DNA of 52,649 bases, filler included, from Squatina squatina (Eukaryota), in NCBI GenBank assembly GCA_031763465.1. It is 3 parts of 3 records of this genome, joined end to end, with 100 filler letters (N's around TTAATTAATTAA, not from the genome) between each part and the next. Parts side by side here need not be neighbours in the genome. Positions count along the whole stretch, not along the records: positions 21,490 to 37,727 come from JARFOE010000073.1; 2 more parts are not named here. One strand, given 5' to 3'. Position 1 is the stretch's first letter; each line of letters starts with the position of its first letter. Shown here one piece after another: positions 22,801-36,800 of the stretch. The notes beneath the pieces were generated by a model. The model was not told where the DNA came from. It did no database searches and saw nothing but the letters and a program-made list of their open reading frames with translations. Both the position numbers and the translations under genes were made by a program.

Positions 22801-23279
22801 TTGAATTTTTTTTCTTGTCCATTGTGTACAACCATTCCTNNNNNNNNNNNNNNNNNNNNNNNNNNNNNNNNNNNNNNNNNNNNNNNNNNNNNNNNNNNNN
22901 NNNNNNNNNNNNNNNNNNNNNNNNNNNNNNNNNNNNNNNAGGAAGATTGTAGCTCATGAAATGCAAATTCCTCTGCTTGTTGTGTAACATCATAGAGTTG
23001 ATATCCATGTGACTGTGCGACTGACGCTATTAAAGGATCAAGAGGCCTAATTTACATTTTCTGTTCCTCAGATGCAAAGAATTGAGCTACCCCAAGAACC
23101 TGCCACAGATCTCCCTCATGCCTACCCTTGTGTGATCCACATTAAGATCAGTCCCTTTCGGTATTAGTCCCCAGCTCCATCGATCCTGATCATGGGTACA
23201 GAGACATTGGGGGTGACATTTACCATGGGTGCCAGCATAAAACGGCCGAGAGCCAATCAGACGCAGTGTAACACGGCCA

Positions 23280-23440
23280 GAGTGTGATGTGGGGGGAGTG
23301 TGAGGCGGGGAGTGTGAGTGTGAGGTGAGCGAGTGTGAGTGTAAGGCGGGGAGTGTGAGGAGGGGGACTGTGAAGTGAGGGAGTGTGAGTGTGAGGTGAG
23401 GGTGAATGTGATGTGGGTGAGTGTGAGGTGGGGGAGTGTG
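23280..23440. repeat. GTGA/GTGT low-complexity tract
   Basis: Degenerate GTGTGAG repeats running into a gap. Confidence 0.8.
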
Positions 23441-24094
23441 NNNNNNNNNNNNNNNNNNNNNNNNNNNNNNNNNNNNNNNNNNNNNNNNNNNNNNNNNNNN
23501 NNNNNNNNNNNNNNNNNNNNNNNNNNNNNNNNNNNNNNNNGCACACTGACCGATCAAACCACCCAGCTGCAAAACTTTAATAAATAGAATCAGATACATG
23601 GGCATAAACTGAGTTCCCTGTCTATCTGTTCAGTTGCAGGTTATACTGTAATGGGAAGATGGTAGGGTTAGTATTCTGGGTGGATATCATATGGTCTGAA
23701 GAGCCTTCTTCATCTAAACCTATCCTTGAAAACAGAAACCATGAATGCTAGAAATCTGAAATTAGAAAGGAAAATGCTAGAAATATGGAGTTTGAAAGTA
23801 AAATGACAGATTAGTATTTCTAACACATGGTAATACTGAGAGAGTCCCACTGCAAATGTTAACCTGTCTTTTCTCTTTCTGCTGTTGATGGATCTGCCGT
23901 GTGTTTCTAGCATTTTCTGGTTTATTTCAATTCTTGATGGTCAATGCAGTATTAAATGTAATGCACAATACTAATTATTGTAGTTATAATAGTCCCCAGT
24001 TTGAGACTGGTGGCAACACCGAGTTCTATTACACACTGTCCTTGGCTGTGAATTGCACTCTAGTCACTAGGTGGCACTCTGTGCGTACATGCAC

Positions 24095-24300
24095 CTGTAC
24101 AGCTCTGCTGTCCTGAGAGTAAGAGAGTTGGTTGAGAGTGCCAGTGCCACCTCCTCCAAGAGACATGGTGACTGTTCTGCCAGGCGTGGTCAATTGCTGT
24201 CCCATGAGACTGTGCTCTTCTCCTCCTCCAAGGGCAACAAGGTCCTCCTCCGAGAAGTTCACTGTCCTTCTTCTCCCTCCTCTTCTGCCTGCTTGCCCAT
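24095..24300 (-). mobile_element. Relic Myb/SANT-like gene of a PIF/Harbinger transposon
   Basis: Frameshifted RRTVNFSEEDLVAL and LEEVALALSTNSLTLRTAELYR resemble Myb/SANT motifs RxxxFSxxExxAL and WEEVAxxxSxxxxxxRTxxQCR. Confidence 0.55.
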
Positions 24301-24710
24301 TGGGCACAGGTGCCAGCTACATTACCATCCTGCTACCAACATGGAATAAAGATGCGGGTTATAGATGCTGTGGGCCGATTTGAGCAGAACGAAGAGGGAA
24401 AACCTGCCCAGGGTTATGCTGAAAACTGGAGTCTGTAGAGTGCTTCTGCACACTTACACTATTAATGCACTCAAGTTTCTTAGAGGTCCAGCTGCTTACA
24501 CTGATTTTACATATGAATTGTGCCAGTACTTAGAGCAGTTCAAATGCTAATTATCTTACCAAGGAAATCTGCTGGTAAACAGTGTAATTTTCTGCCATAA
24601 TAACAGTATAACTGACATTGAGGAAATTCAGGTATTTAAAACAATCCTCTACCAATTGGTGTCCATTGATTTGAGCTATGTTTTCTGTCTTTTTTTTAAT
24701 CATACTATAG

Positions 24711-24885
24711 AAGAACTCAAGGCCCCATTGGAAGAATATGTCCACAAACGATACCCTGGTCTGGTGAAGGTGGTACGGAATGAAAAACGTGAAGGACTGA
24801 TCCGAGCCCGAGTCCAGGGTTGGAAAGCTGCAACAGCACCAATCACAGGGTTCTTCGATGCCCATGTGGAGTTTAGTGCTGGCTG
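24711..24885 (+). CDS. GALNT17: GALNT17 (WBSCR17) catalytic-domain exon with DXH motif
   Basis: TAG acceptor at 24710 and TG|GTAAG donor; 175 nt. EELKAPLEEYVHKRYPGLVKVVRNEKREGLIRARVQGWKAATAPITGFFDAHVEFSAGW is near-identical to recalled human GALNT17. Confidence 0.93.
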
Positions 24886-27800
24886 GTAAGTAGATGACCA
24901 AGCTGCAGAGGACAGTGCAGACTTTTAATGGAACAGCACCACTCTTTCATTTATATAGAATGGATATATTTCTTTTAAAATCAAAATCCTTCCCTATTCT
25001 CTTAAGGGTTTTTTGATCCACATATTCCCAAGTCAATGGGGAAGGTGAATAAAAGGGTTACGGGTTCTCCGTAGCTTTACTTGTCAGTACCACCCCATCA
25101 TCACAACTAGGGAATTGTTTGTTGACAACAAGGGAGTAATGTTTTATTATTCGTTCAAAGAGATGTGCGGGCATCGCCAGCAAAGCCAGCATTTATTGCC
25201 CATCCCTAATTGTTCATGAGAAGGTGGTGCTGAGCCGCCATTTCAGAGGNNNNNNNNNNNNNNNNNNNNNNNNNNNNNNNNNNNNNNNNNNNNNNNNNNN
25301 NNNNNNNNNNNNNNNNNNNNNNNNNNNNNNNNNNNNNNNNNNNNNNNNNAATGTTGTTGGTGTCCAGGGCCCCAATTCTTAATGCAGCTCCTGTGACATA
25401 ACACCTTTTATTTATTTTACCCATGGCAAAGATGGCTTTTCAAGATGGGAAGTTTGCAGATTTGACACCAGATTAAGTAGGTTGTAAAATGTAGGGACCC
25501 CAAACCAAACATTTGCAGGAAGCTCGAGCAAGGCACATGCCGCCCCTGCTGTGGAGTTACTATACGGTATATGACCAGTTCATGCAGTATTTATGTACGC
25601 GATTAGACAGAAACTTATTTCAAAATAATTAACTGATTCTTTTCATTCACTGAGATCTCTAAATTAAATTTCATCTATTTTTTTTAATATCCAAAACAGG
25701 AATATTTTTGAAAAGCAGCTTGGGTTTTCTGTAATCTATCTTTCGCGATTAGTAACACAACATGCTTTTTCAGATCTCTAATTCATTTCATTTCGTGTTT
25801 ACCTATCCTGGTACTGCCCCGACAAACGAGTTCTGTGGTCAGCAACACTGTGCATAATTTACATCAACCAGTAGCTTTACCATTCATTCCTCTACTACTT
25901 CAAATATTCTTTATTGTAAAACATCAAGGCAAAAAAGAAACTGCTATCTCTTGATCCAAGCATAAATTACTTGTCAATCATACCTTCAGCACAATAAGCC
26001 TGCAGCCCATATACTTTGGCAAGTTATATAATTTAGATGGAGGCACTTGTACCTTGATTTTAAAAGAAACACATTTATGGAGATTGATACATCTTGTAGG
26101 TTAATGGCTTCTGCTAAGAGCAACCAGGGAGCATGGTTTTCAGAATCCTCATCTAAATTGATCAATTTTGCTTTTCAGTTGACAACGTAATGTGCCAACC
26201 ATGGCGTGATAATTGATGCCTTGCAAGGAATCAAGTTGGTGAACGTTTTAGGATTTTGTTTTCACAGTATCTCAGTTTTTTCCCCCTCACAGATATAGAT
26301 TGCATCTGTTTCCTCAAGACGGCTTAACAGGATTGGCGCTGAAATTGTGCGCTTAGAGCTATTCGATAAGACCTGTTGCCTGTGATGCTTGCTGGCATTA
26401 TTTTAATACGGTACCCGGACTACAAAGCTAATTGCAGTGGACTGACAAGTACGAATGGTCCCCATGAATCACTCCACTCTGGAAAGTTGCAGTGAGCATT
26501 TCCCCTTTCCCACAAATGCCACTGATTAGTTGCCTCACTGGAACNNNNNNNNNNNNNNNNNNNNNNNNNNNNNNNNNNNNNNNNNNNNNNNNNNNNNNNN
26601 NNNNNNNNNNNNNNNNNNNNNNNNNNNNNNNNNNNNNNNNNNNNCAATGACACCCCTGGCCAGCCGCCCCAGTTCAGCCTGGGAAAGAGGCTGACATCGC
26701 TCTGCCTCGCTCCTGCCGCAAAGGGTTTTGGGAGCCGGCGGGAAAAATGCAGGCTTCCGCCCGTAACCACCCTGGACACGCCCAAGTTGTTTGCCCAGAA
26801 TGTTTGTGTTTAAATTGGGTGACTTGGTTACTCTCACTGACATTTGTATTTTAGAGGAATCAACAACAAAATTCTAACATTGAAATGAAAATTTCTTCTG
26901 TGGGTGGATCTGCTCTTTAGTCTTTTATTTAAGAATTAAAGAATGAAAGAAGCCAGTACCGAGCCAGATTTTAGGTAAAGCGTTCCATTTTTGTCAGTCA
27001 TTTTGTAACTATAATTGTTTTTTTCATCAAATGCAGTGTGTTTTTAAACTGAACAGGGGCACCCTTGGATGAACGTCGTCATAGATAAGCTCATATCTTG
27101 TACATATCTCAGGTGTGTGCATTTTGTGAAAGACTAATTTTGCAAATACAATATTCACATTTCCAGAGCATTTACATGGACCCTTCTTATTTCTCGATAT
27201 CAGTGGACTGGTTGTGTTTTTGCAGCATTAGTTAGGGAAGACTTTCAACATATTCTGGTCCTAGCATCAGCGCCAATGCATTGATTTGTTTTCGGACTGA
27301 ATGTAGGACCACATTTTTCTGTCTTCCTTTTAGAAAATAATCCGCAAAAATGGAGGGGGAAAGTTGAGTATTTACATGAGAACTTTTCAGAAGCAAACAA
27401 AACAAATCTGAAGGCAAGTACTTCCCACATTTACATTTATCTCCTCGATGGCCCTGTTTCTTTCAAACCACTGTTTTATGATTGTTCTTGCTTCAGTGGC
27501 TTAAAAAATGTCAGTGCTGAAAATAAAGGTCAGGTTGTCAGGCCCTGTGATATCACGAACAACAGCCCAGAGCTCACCAATAAATGGTTTGAAAATCTGT
27601 GTAGGCAAAATCAAATGCTCAGAAAGGGTCATCTTTATTTTGAACATTTAATTATTTAAAAGTTAACATGATATTGTACATGTTAATGAAGCTATCACAA
27701 ATCCCAATATTTTTCCATGAGATAAGGAAACTGTCATTTGTTTGATTTATGCCACTTCAGTCATTACTATGCAGGATTCAAGGTCAGTTCAAGTACCAGT

Positions 27801-27986
27801 TTGCCTCCTGCCACAAAAATCATGTAAAGAAGTTAAACCCACAGTGCTGGATTTGCCACAGGTTTTGCTAAAGCACTGNNNNNNNNNNNNNNNNNNNNNN
27901 NNNNNNNNNNNNNNNNNNNNNNNNNNNNNNNNNNNNNNNNNNNNNNNNNNNNNNNNNNNNNNNNNNNNNNNNNNNNNNCTTTTTAG

Positions 27987-28184
27987 GGTTGAACCCGTCC
28001 TGGCCAGAATTAAAGAAGACAGAAAGCGAATTATCCTTCCATCCATTGACAACATCAAGCATAAAACATTTGAGGTCCAACGTTATGAGAACTGTGCCCA
28101 TGGTTACAGCTGGGAGCTCTGGTGCATGTACATCAGCCCTCCCAAAGAATGGTGGGATAGAGCAGACCCTACATTGCCAATCAG
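27987..28184 (+). CDS. GALNT17: GALNT17 next catalytic-domain exon
   Basis: TTTTAG acceptor and AG|GTCAGT donor; 198 nt, phase 2-2, joins the previous exon in frame. Translates VEPVLARIKEDRKRIILPSIDNIK...YENCAHGYSWELWCMYISPPKEWW...LPIR. Confidence 0.93.
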
Positions 28185-30444
28185 GTCAGTTGTCCTTTTA
28201 GTTGCATTTAGAAAACTGCTCTTTCAGACCTATGATGAATAAACGTAATATGGTGGATAAATGCTCGACACAAAAAGGCATTGGGAGTAGATTTTTGTCT
28301 TCACTGCCTGGGGGTAATCTGCTGGCCCGAGTTATCCACCATTTATAGAACCCACCGATTTTCCATCCATTGGAAGGGCAGGTGATGCACCCTATCACAT
28401 TACTGCCCATGTTGTGAATATAAAAATCCAGCCCATTAGCTTCTACCCCATTAACACAAAGCTCCTCCCACTACCTTTTTAAAAAAAACTGTAGATAAGG
28501 AAGTCATACTGAAAAGAAATGGTGGGAACTCAAAGTTGAAGAAATGTCAGATCCTGCCCATGTAAGTGCTAGAATGCCGAGGGAATCTAGAGATGAATTA
28601 GTGGAGGCTTTGGCTACAATCGTTCAAACAATCTTGGATCACAAGCCACTGAAANNNNNNNNNNNNNNNNNNNNNNNNNNNNNNNNNNNNNNNNNNNNNN
28701 NNNNNNNNNNNNNNNNNNNNNNNNNNNNNNNNNNNNNNNNNNNNNNNNNNNNNNGGATAGATCCAGAGATACAAATATACCCAGAAGTTTCAGCCAGTTC
28801 TTTTTCTCCCACCTCCCCAAAAAACAGTCTAATAATTCCAGTACTGTAAGTAGGCAATGGACCTCCAATGTACATGAATGGGTAGACGAGTGGGCACATT
28901 TTTGTGATTGTACAAAGAGTTTATACTCCAAAACCTACTCGAAAGTCGATTATCCCGCTAGGCTCACTTGTAAGAAACAGCTTGTGTTGAATACAGTCAT
29001 GTGAGCTTATGGAACAGAGCTTCACAAAGCCTGTGACATATACAGAAATAAACTTTCATGTTTCAGAATTTTTGATCCTCTTTTTGTCGTCTTGGGAAGG
29101 ATTTGGGAGTGTGTTTAAGTGTTGTATTTTAAAGCAAAATGAGCTTGCACAGGATTGAAAAGCCCCAGGCTGCAGCCATTAAGATAGAGAGGGTCTGAGG
29201 TATTGAAGAGGCTTTCCCAGTGGGGACATTAAGCAATTCATTATCCCATCTCAGCTGGTCTTATAAACATTCACACCTACCACAATAAGGGAGGTTCTAG
29301 TCATATGAGCCTAGTATGAGGTGTCTTCTGAGAATATACACCGAGGCGAAGTGGTCGTGGGTTTGATTAGCAGACCTGCTGGCAAATCCCTGAGTGAAGA
29401 ATGAGTCAGATGCACCATCCTTTCACTTCCTGTGAATTCAGGGAGAGAAAAGAATGGGAAAAGACATGAAAAGTCAATCCACTGAATCTGGGGAAGAACC
29501 CTTGCTCACCTCAAGCCCAGAGCCAGTCAGGACCAGAAGGTTGACCAGGAAAAGTTAATTGAGCCCACGAAGAGGGAGAGTGTGATGCATTTTCATTTAT
29601 TTTTGTTTTTGAGGAGGGGTCTGAAGTTAGTTACATTGAGGTTTGATTTTAACCAACATTCTGTATGATCACTTACTGACTGTAAAATGAAGCAAGTAAA
29701 CGGTTTGTATCTGGCTTCATTTCACTGAAGTATTGTTCAGTCAGCCCACTGAAAGATTAGAGAAGTACACATGAGAGCACTTGTGAAAGATGTGATATCC
29801 AGTTCCGATCACAAGGGGATAGATACTCTTGTTATGCCTCGGGGCTACACTATTGTATGATAAGATACTGGGCAGCAAAGGCGCACTCCTGAATGTAAGA
29901 TGCAGGAGTGACCAGCACCACTGAACCCAGAAGAATATCTGAGTCTGACACAAAATTTATAACAAGGAGTGATTGGAGTTTCAGTCATTGGCTTTGTGAA
30001 ATCCTCTGAGTTAATTTGGTCCGTGCAAATTCACAAAATCACTTGTCCACTTAATATGCTGTTCATATTCAGTTTATCAAAATGCATGATCACAATTATT
30101 GCAGTTTTTATTCAGTACCCATCATAATTGGCTGTGTGTTTCTATGGCACCCATCAATTAGCTTTTCCCAAATGTGTAAAGTCGCTTCAGTTCAAAGAAT
30201 AAATCTCTTCAAAATAGGTGGCCTTACAGATCAGTTTATGGGCTGTGGAGATTAGTCTTGGTAATTGGTTGAATCATGGAAANNNNNNNNNNNNNNNNNN
30301 NNNNNNNNNNNNNNNNNNNNNNNNNNNNNNNNNNNNNNNNNNNNNNNNNNNNNNNNNNNNNNNNNNNNNNNNNNNNNNNNNNAGAAAGTTTAACTTATTA
30401 ATCAATAATTTAGCACTCTAGCATGTTGACAGCATCTCTTACTC

Positions 30445-30578
30445 ATTTGGGCACATTTTAGTGGTGGCACTCTTGCTTTCATGTCAAAAGGATGAGTTCA
30501 ACTCCTGGCCCAGAGACTAATCTAGGCTGACACTTCAGTGCCGTACTGAGGGAGTATGGCACTGTCGGAGGTGCTGAC
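30445..30578 (+). mobile_element. DeuSINE 5' head fragment
   Basis: A/B-box-like TAGTGGTGGCAC...GAGTTCAACTCC, then GTACTGAGGGAG...CACTGTCGGAGGTGC. Confidence 0.6.
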
Positions 30579-31659
30579 AGCAAATTTCATCTTCGGGTGA
30601 AAATCGGTTCTAATTTGGTTTGCACTGCTTTAAGGGCTGCCTGAATCTCAGCTGTAAATAACATGTCAACTTTCTGGTCTGACCTCATCTATTCACAACA
30701 CCCAAAGAATCTAGGGCGACACCACGAATGGAAAGTTGTGTGCAAGTCATATTCAAAGGGATGGAGTCGAAAAAAAGCTTCTGGACAGCATTAAAAGGCA
30801 TCTCAACCTATCTGCAGCTTTTGCTGAGGCTGACGCTGCAGGAGGTTTAAGAAGTGGCAGGCCAAGATGAAGGGAAATTCATGAGTCTGCAGACAAGTGA
30901 CAGCCGAACCCAGCATCTGTCTTCTCTTTGATGGGTACTGAAGTCAAGGTCATGCTGCAATATTTGTGTTTCCTCATCCTAGGCAACACCTTAGTAAAAC
31001 TATGTTGTAGCTCTCTAAAGCTTCACCATTTTCATGGCCCTATCAACCTGCAGCGAACCTATACACTCCCCCAAATCCCTCTGCTATTCTATCACGCCGA
31101 CTGCCATTCACAGTATAATTACTGCTGTTTATTTTTACCAAAATGTATCACCTCACACTTACTGACACTGAATTCCATCTGCCACTTTTTAGACCATTCC
31201 TCCATCTTATCTATATCCCTTTGCCGTTTTCTTCAGTCTTCTGAAGAATTAGTTGTACCTCCTATTTTGGTATCAACTGCAAATTTCGATACCATTCCCT
31301 GTGGGCATCATGTAGCCGTTATCAAAAAAATGGACACCAGGCCAAAAGCTTAGTCAGCGAAAGAGTTTATTGGGAGCATTAAAGTAGCGGGACAGGCAGA
31401 AGAGTCTTGGGAGGGAATTCCAGAGAGTGGAGTTTAGTGACTGAAAGCGCAGCCACTACTGGTAAGCAAAGGGATGGGAGATTCAGAGGAGGCCAGAGTC
31501 ATAGGAATGGAGAGTTGGAGGGGGTGGGGTGGGGGAGTGGATTCATACAGTTGGCAGAAGTTACAGAGGTACAGAGATCACTTCAATGAAAGGATTTAAA
31601 CACAAGGATGTGATTATTCACTTTGAGGTGCTAGGGGAGAGGTGTCATAATTACTAAGG

Positions 31660-32190
31660 ATTACATAGGATATATGGCACAGAAACAGGCCATTCGGCCC
31701 AACCAGGCCGTTTGCTTATCTAGCCTTCCCTTAAATGCATCTATACTATTTGCCTCAACTACTCCCTGTGGTAGCTCTCTGGGTAAAGAAGTTTCTTCCG
31801 AATTCCCTATTGGTTTTGTTGGTGACTATCTTATATTGATGGTCTCCAGTTATGCTCTTTCCCACAAGCAGAGACACTCTCTGTGTGTATACTTCATCAA
31901 AACCTTTCACCCCTCAGCCTTCTTTTTTCAAGAGAAAAGAGAACCAGCCTGTTCATCCTTTCCTGATATGTATTCACTTGCATTTCTGGTATCATCCTTG
32001 TAAATCTTCTCTGCACTCTCTCCAGTGCCTCTATATCCTTTTTATAATATGGTGACCAGAACTGTACACAGTAGTCCAAGTGTGGTCTAACCAAGGTTCG
32101 ATACAGGTTTACCATAACTTCACTACTTTTCAATTCTGTACCTCTAGAAATAACCCCAGTGCTTGGTTTGTATTTTTTACGGCCTTGCTA
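31660..32190 (-). mobile_element. CR1 LINE 3' fragment
   Basis: Translates NLYRTLVRPHLDYCVQFWSPYYKKDIEALERVQRRFTRMIP...LFSLEKRRLRG, plus a CR1 3' UTR remnant. Further decayed CR1/L2 sequence lies at 31020-31640. Confidence 0.92.
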
Positions 32191-32828
32191 NNNNNNNNNN
32201 NNNNNNNNNNNNNNNNNNNNNNNNNNNNNNNNNNNNNNNNNNNNNNNNNNNNNNNNNNNNNNNNNNNNNNNNNNNNNNNNNNNNNNNNNNCATAGGGACT
32301 GGAAGAGCACTCCTGCTTCTCCTGGCTGGCCCCATGAAGGAATTTTTTCGCTCACCTTTTTCACTCTTGGTCCTTCTGACCTGGCGCTGGGACTTCCTGA
32401 CTCAGGCCCCAGTCAAAATATCATCCGGTTACGAACCCCATAGGTCCCCGAATAGCATTTACGCAGGAAGCTCCCGCCTGAGTCCGGCAGACGCCGCATT
32501 CGCTGCCAAAAACAGCGGCGGTAAAATCGGAGGTCAGAAGGAAGGGAATGGGAAATGGAGCCATTCCGTTTTAACTGTTCCCGCCTGGGAGTGGGAGAGT
32601 TAAAATTCCCCCCATTGCCTGGACATTAGCGTCAGGATGGTTCAAATGTGATGGCTTCTAAGCTTATCTACATATTTTGAAATGATCCAATTTATGTTTG
32701 ACAATGTCCAACATAAGAACATTTATAAAATAGGCGAAATGATTCCTGTCCGGAAAACGTTTGTAATAATTCGAGGAAATCGTTATGTATTTCTGACTCA
32801 CCTCCTTTTTCCTCATTTAATATTTTAG

Positions 32829-32911
32829 GTCTGGCTGTGTGGTGGAAGCATGGAAGTGCTCCCTTGCTCTAGGGTGGCTCACATAGAACGCATGAAAAAA
32901 CCGTACAACAA
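32829..32911 (+). CDS. GALNT17: GALNT17 exon, truncated by gap
   Basis: TATTTTAG acceptor. Translates VWLCGGSMEVLPCSRVAHIERMKKPYN, then Ns. Confidence 0.92.
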
Positions 32912-35385
32912 NNNNNNNNNNNNNNNNNNNNNNNNNNNNNNNNNNNNNNNNNNNNNNNNNNNNNNNNNNNNNNNNNNNNNNNNNNNNNNNNNNNNNNNNN
33001 NNNNNNNNNNNGTGAGCTGTCAGATGGACTCTGCCCTCTTGTCCTTTAGTCTGCTCTGATCTCCTTGAAGGAGGCCTGTTCCTACAGTTTTGTCTGATCT
33101 CTGTTACTCAGCATTGTTCTCCTATAATTTGGTCTGATTCCCTTTGCTCTGGTGCCAACTCCTTCAGTCTGACATTATTTCTTCGAATCTGCATTCATCT
33201 CCTTGAGTCTAAAATCATTTGCTGCACTGTGAAGTCAGGACTGAAATGTTGCGTGAGTGCCTCGCCTCTGTAGACAGCAGATCGCCTTTGCACTTCGCGA
33301 CATAAGTGCCGATTTAGCGCCTCCAGAACGCACCTTTCCAAAAAACTGTTTTAAAAAACAAATTTAGTTACACGGCCAGGTGCGATTAAGGTGCCAGAAT
33401 GGTACAAAGGGCATCACAGGCATATGAGATACTCTCCTTATTTAATGACCACATGTGCAACTTATCAGCAAGAATCACTGAATAACGATTGTGAGGGGGA
33501 TGCCAGGGGTGGGGAATTCAATTCAGCCCAATATGATAATTGCAATTCACAAAATATAGGCATTTTCAAGGCTTACCCAGAAGAAGATGAACCATTTGAC
33601 TCCTTGGCTCTTGCCAGATGCTACATTGATATTCTCACATGGATGCAGTATCGGAATTCCTGTGGATGTTGGCAGTGCTGTTGACGGGAAGCAAGTCCAT
33701 TCTCCCTGATAGCTGCAGAGGTCGTGAGTGAAATGAGTTTCACCAGTTTCAATCTATTGTTTACAGAGGGCATGATCCCACAGTGTAAAAAGAAGCATAT
33801 AATTTAACTCTAATTTACAGTCTCAGACAACCATAAGGACGGATATGGTGAGAAATTAATAAACTCAAACTTTTTCATGTGAGGGTGAGATCCATTCCTG
33901 AGGTTGGGATTAGTTCAGTAGACATTACTATTAATAAAACAAAAATTCCAGGTTTATTGCAACTGTCAGCATTGATATTTGAGCTCATCTTGTGTCTCCT
34001 CAGAATGGATCAATCCTTAACCTGGAAACTGGTCGCTGCTTGGAGGTGGAAAATGGCAAAAAAACTGATTTTGGGGTGGAGCTGGTTTTACAGCAATGCT
34101 CAGGACAAAAATGGACAATTAAAAATGTCTTGAAGCAAGTAACCTAGTGCTGGGCCAGCACGATGCAAAGGAAGCTGGATTTCTTTGTACTGCAATAGAC
34201 TAGAAACTTTAAAACGCTATTCTAATAGGCTTGGACATGGGACCAGTCTCATGCCTCCAACTTCATTCGGGTGATTAATGCAAATCCAAACTGGATTATG
34301 TCTTCAGGCCAGGGTTTTTAGTTTATTTTTATTTTGTGATTTTAAAAATATATGGAATATTGGTGCAAGCTCCATCTTGTACCATTATAAATATTTGTTA
34401 TATCTGTTTATCTGTAGCTAGAAGTAGACTGTTTGTTTTATCGGGATTTTAAAGATGGAGCTATGACTGTTTCTGACAATTCCTGTGTCTTGGTATACAA
34501 CCCTGGCTGTAAGTAATCCACACCGAATGTCAGTGTCCACTCCAGGCAGTAAAAGAGGAGCTTTATGATAGAGTCTGTATACAGACTCCAGCAGGTCACA
34601 ATTGTTTGATTACTGTGAATACTGTATGCAAGCTTGCCACTGCAGGAAGGGCAGACTTATTAGGAGGTATTCGACTGGAGAGGTGATTGTTATCTCAAGA
34701 TTAACAACTGTGCCAAGAAAGGCCTGTTTTGATTGTGGGAGGAAAGTTTTCTGGAGGTGGCAGGAACTCTTATTCTTTTGCAGGGAATATGTACAGAGGT
34801 TTTTGCATGGAATGATTGCTTCTGAGAACAGATCTTTGTGTGGAAAATGATTGGACAAGCATCATGATGATGATGGGGTAACATATAGACTATGAAACAG
34901 ATTATTCCAAGGTCAGCTGGTAGTAAGGCTGATACCGTAANNNNNNNNNNNNNNNNNNNNNNNNNNNNNNNNNNNNNNNNNNNNNNNNNNNNNNNNNNNN
35001 NNNNNNNNNNNNNNNNNNNNNNNNNNNNNNNNNNNNNNNNGAATCAGCATGGCTTGACATGAATCTTGTCTCCAAGCTGAGGATTACTCCAATTAAGGTT
35101 GCACACCAACGCAGTACTCTGACAGCCCACACTTGGTTTTACAACCACTATTCTCACCAATCTGGTTTGAATCTCTGTTATACAACCCAAGTCAACCTGG
35201 AGATCGACGGTAAGGATTTTTAACTCCGTCAGTTTTGATCAGTCTAAATCAGCCAGAAATATTCATACCCCGATCGTTTATTATTATTATTATTATTATG
35301 AGTCACAAGTTCACAGCTGCTATATAAATTTGTAGCTCTACCATAAACAGATGCTGTACAAACTTGCAGCAAGCGGCACGCAGTG

Positions 35386-35751
35386 CAGGTAGATTTTGAC
35401 TTTTTGCGATAGTGTGAAACGGGTGAAAGTGAGTCGGCAGCCCGTTTTGCATCTCATCCAATTTTTAACTTCGACTGACCTGAATAGAAATAAAAATTGG
35501 CGAGATATAAAGCGGGCTGCCGACTCAGAATCACCAATGTCCCCTTTAAGCTGTGCAGACGTGCGGCCACACAACGTTCCGGAGCTCCCGCGCAGCCGGC
35601 TCACCGGCTGTTATATGCAAAAACCGCGCACGCAAGGATCTTTGGATGGGCTGCGCAGTCCATTAAAGGGGCCGCGTGGCCCAAAAACAATATTAGAGGG
35701 ACCATTGGCTATCACCCGTTTCACATTATCCCACAAAGTCAAAATGACCCG
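35386..35751. mobile_element. Complete MITE with ~45-bp terminal inverted repeats
   Basis: Left end GGTAGATTTTGACTTTTTGCGATAGTGTGAAACGGGTGA; right end TCACCCGTTTCACATTATCCCACAAAGTCAAAATGACCC. Confidence 0.8.
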
Positions 35752-36221
35752 CAGTGATGCAAAATGAAGCCTGTCTCTGCAGCCGATGCTGCTGTCACTA
35801 TTCCCTAGCTTCCATCAGCCTCAGGCTCCTTGAGGTATTTGGTCGCAGCAGGCTGAGTTCTCCTGGTGTGTCATTATTTTCATTGATGATTTGACCACAG
35901 GACCATAACCATTAACATCCCAAGTTCTGAAGGTGCAATCCATTCTTCTATTAGGTTATCTCGGCTCAGTGCTTGATCTTTTCAAAGCGCTAGTCTGTGT
36001 CCCAGCAGCAGAGTTAAGAGGTTCCCTTCACACTGCTGCGGTAAGTAATTTGGTGTCAGCTCCAGCAGAGGCTATCACTTAAACCTGATCATTACTGTGT
36101 GGCTGTGTTCAGTCACTTCTCTACCCGCCCACTAGGTGGCCTCCTTAAGTACAGTTAACAATACTTTTAGCTTGTACTCTGTTGCCTTGTGGACCCTGTG
36201 AGGGTTTTCCGTATGGGCAGT

Positions 36222-36400
36222 ACGGTTGCCATCTCTGGTTGGACATATTACTGGAGGTTTCATCACATGGCCTTTCACCTCCAATTTTAAAAACACATTT
36301 TTCTTCAATGCTCCAATGATTTTTTTTTGGTCCTGGGTTGCTCGCAGCAGTGTCCAGCAGATTCATTGTTAAATCCTGGAGGCTCCAGGACAATCCGCTA
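36222..36400 (-). mobile_element. Non-autonomous hAT-like element
   Basis: Starts CGGTTGCCA. 36325-36397 is the diverged reverse complement of 14781-14858. Confidence 0.55.
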
Positions 36401-36647
36401 TGTTTTGAAATGTTTAATATTTGGCAGAAGGGGTGTGTGGAGGTGCCATACTTGGCATTGGCCCCACCTTAGCACCAGCGCTGGCACTGAAAGCCGCACA
36501 GCAATTGAGAGCCAATAACCTGCCCTTCAGCTAGTGGGCTAGTTTACCAAAGCGCATACCTGTGAGCTAGAGGAGTGAAATCAGGGACTCTTTTAAGTTC
36601 TTTTTAAAATTGCCAATCATGATCCAACAAGTTATGCTACCTAGTGG

Positions 36648-36800
36648 AAAAGCAAAATACTGCGGATGCTGGAAATCTATAATTTAAAACAGAAAATGCT
36701 GGAAATACTCAGCTGGTCAGGTCTTCGGCCTGAAACCTTAATTCTGTTTCTCTCTCCGCAGACCTGCTGAGTATATCCAGCATTTTCTATTTTTATTTTC
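36648..36800. mobile_element. Fold-back mini Penelope-like insertion with 15-bp target-site duplication
   Basis: Matches the 12732-12870 terminus. Inverted arms match 30/33 nt; flanked by TATGCTACCTAGTGG and TACGTTATCTAGTGG. Confidence 0.8.

Noticed and set aside
28185-32828. Loss of the GALNT17 exon carrying the TPAMIG...GGEN motif
   Set aside because: Three assembly gaps lie in this interval and the flanking exons are intact, so the exon is more likely unassembled.
35955-36040. AG...GTAAGT-bounded segment as a GALNT17 exon
   Set aside because: 86 nt, and no frame resembles GALNT catalytic or ricin-lectin sequence.
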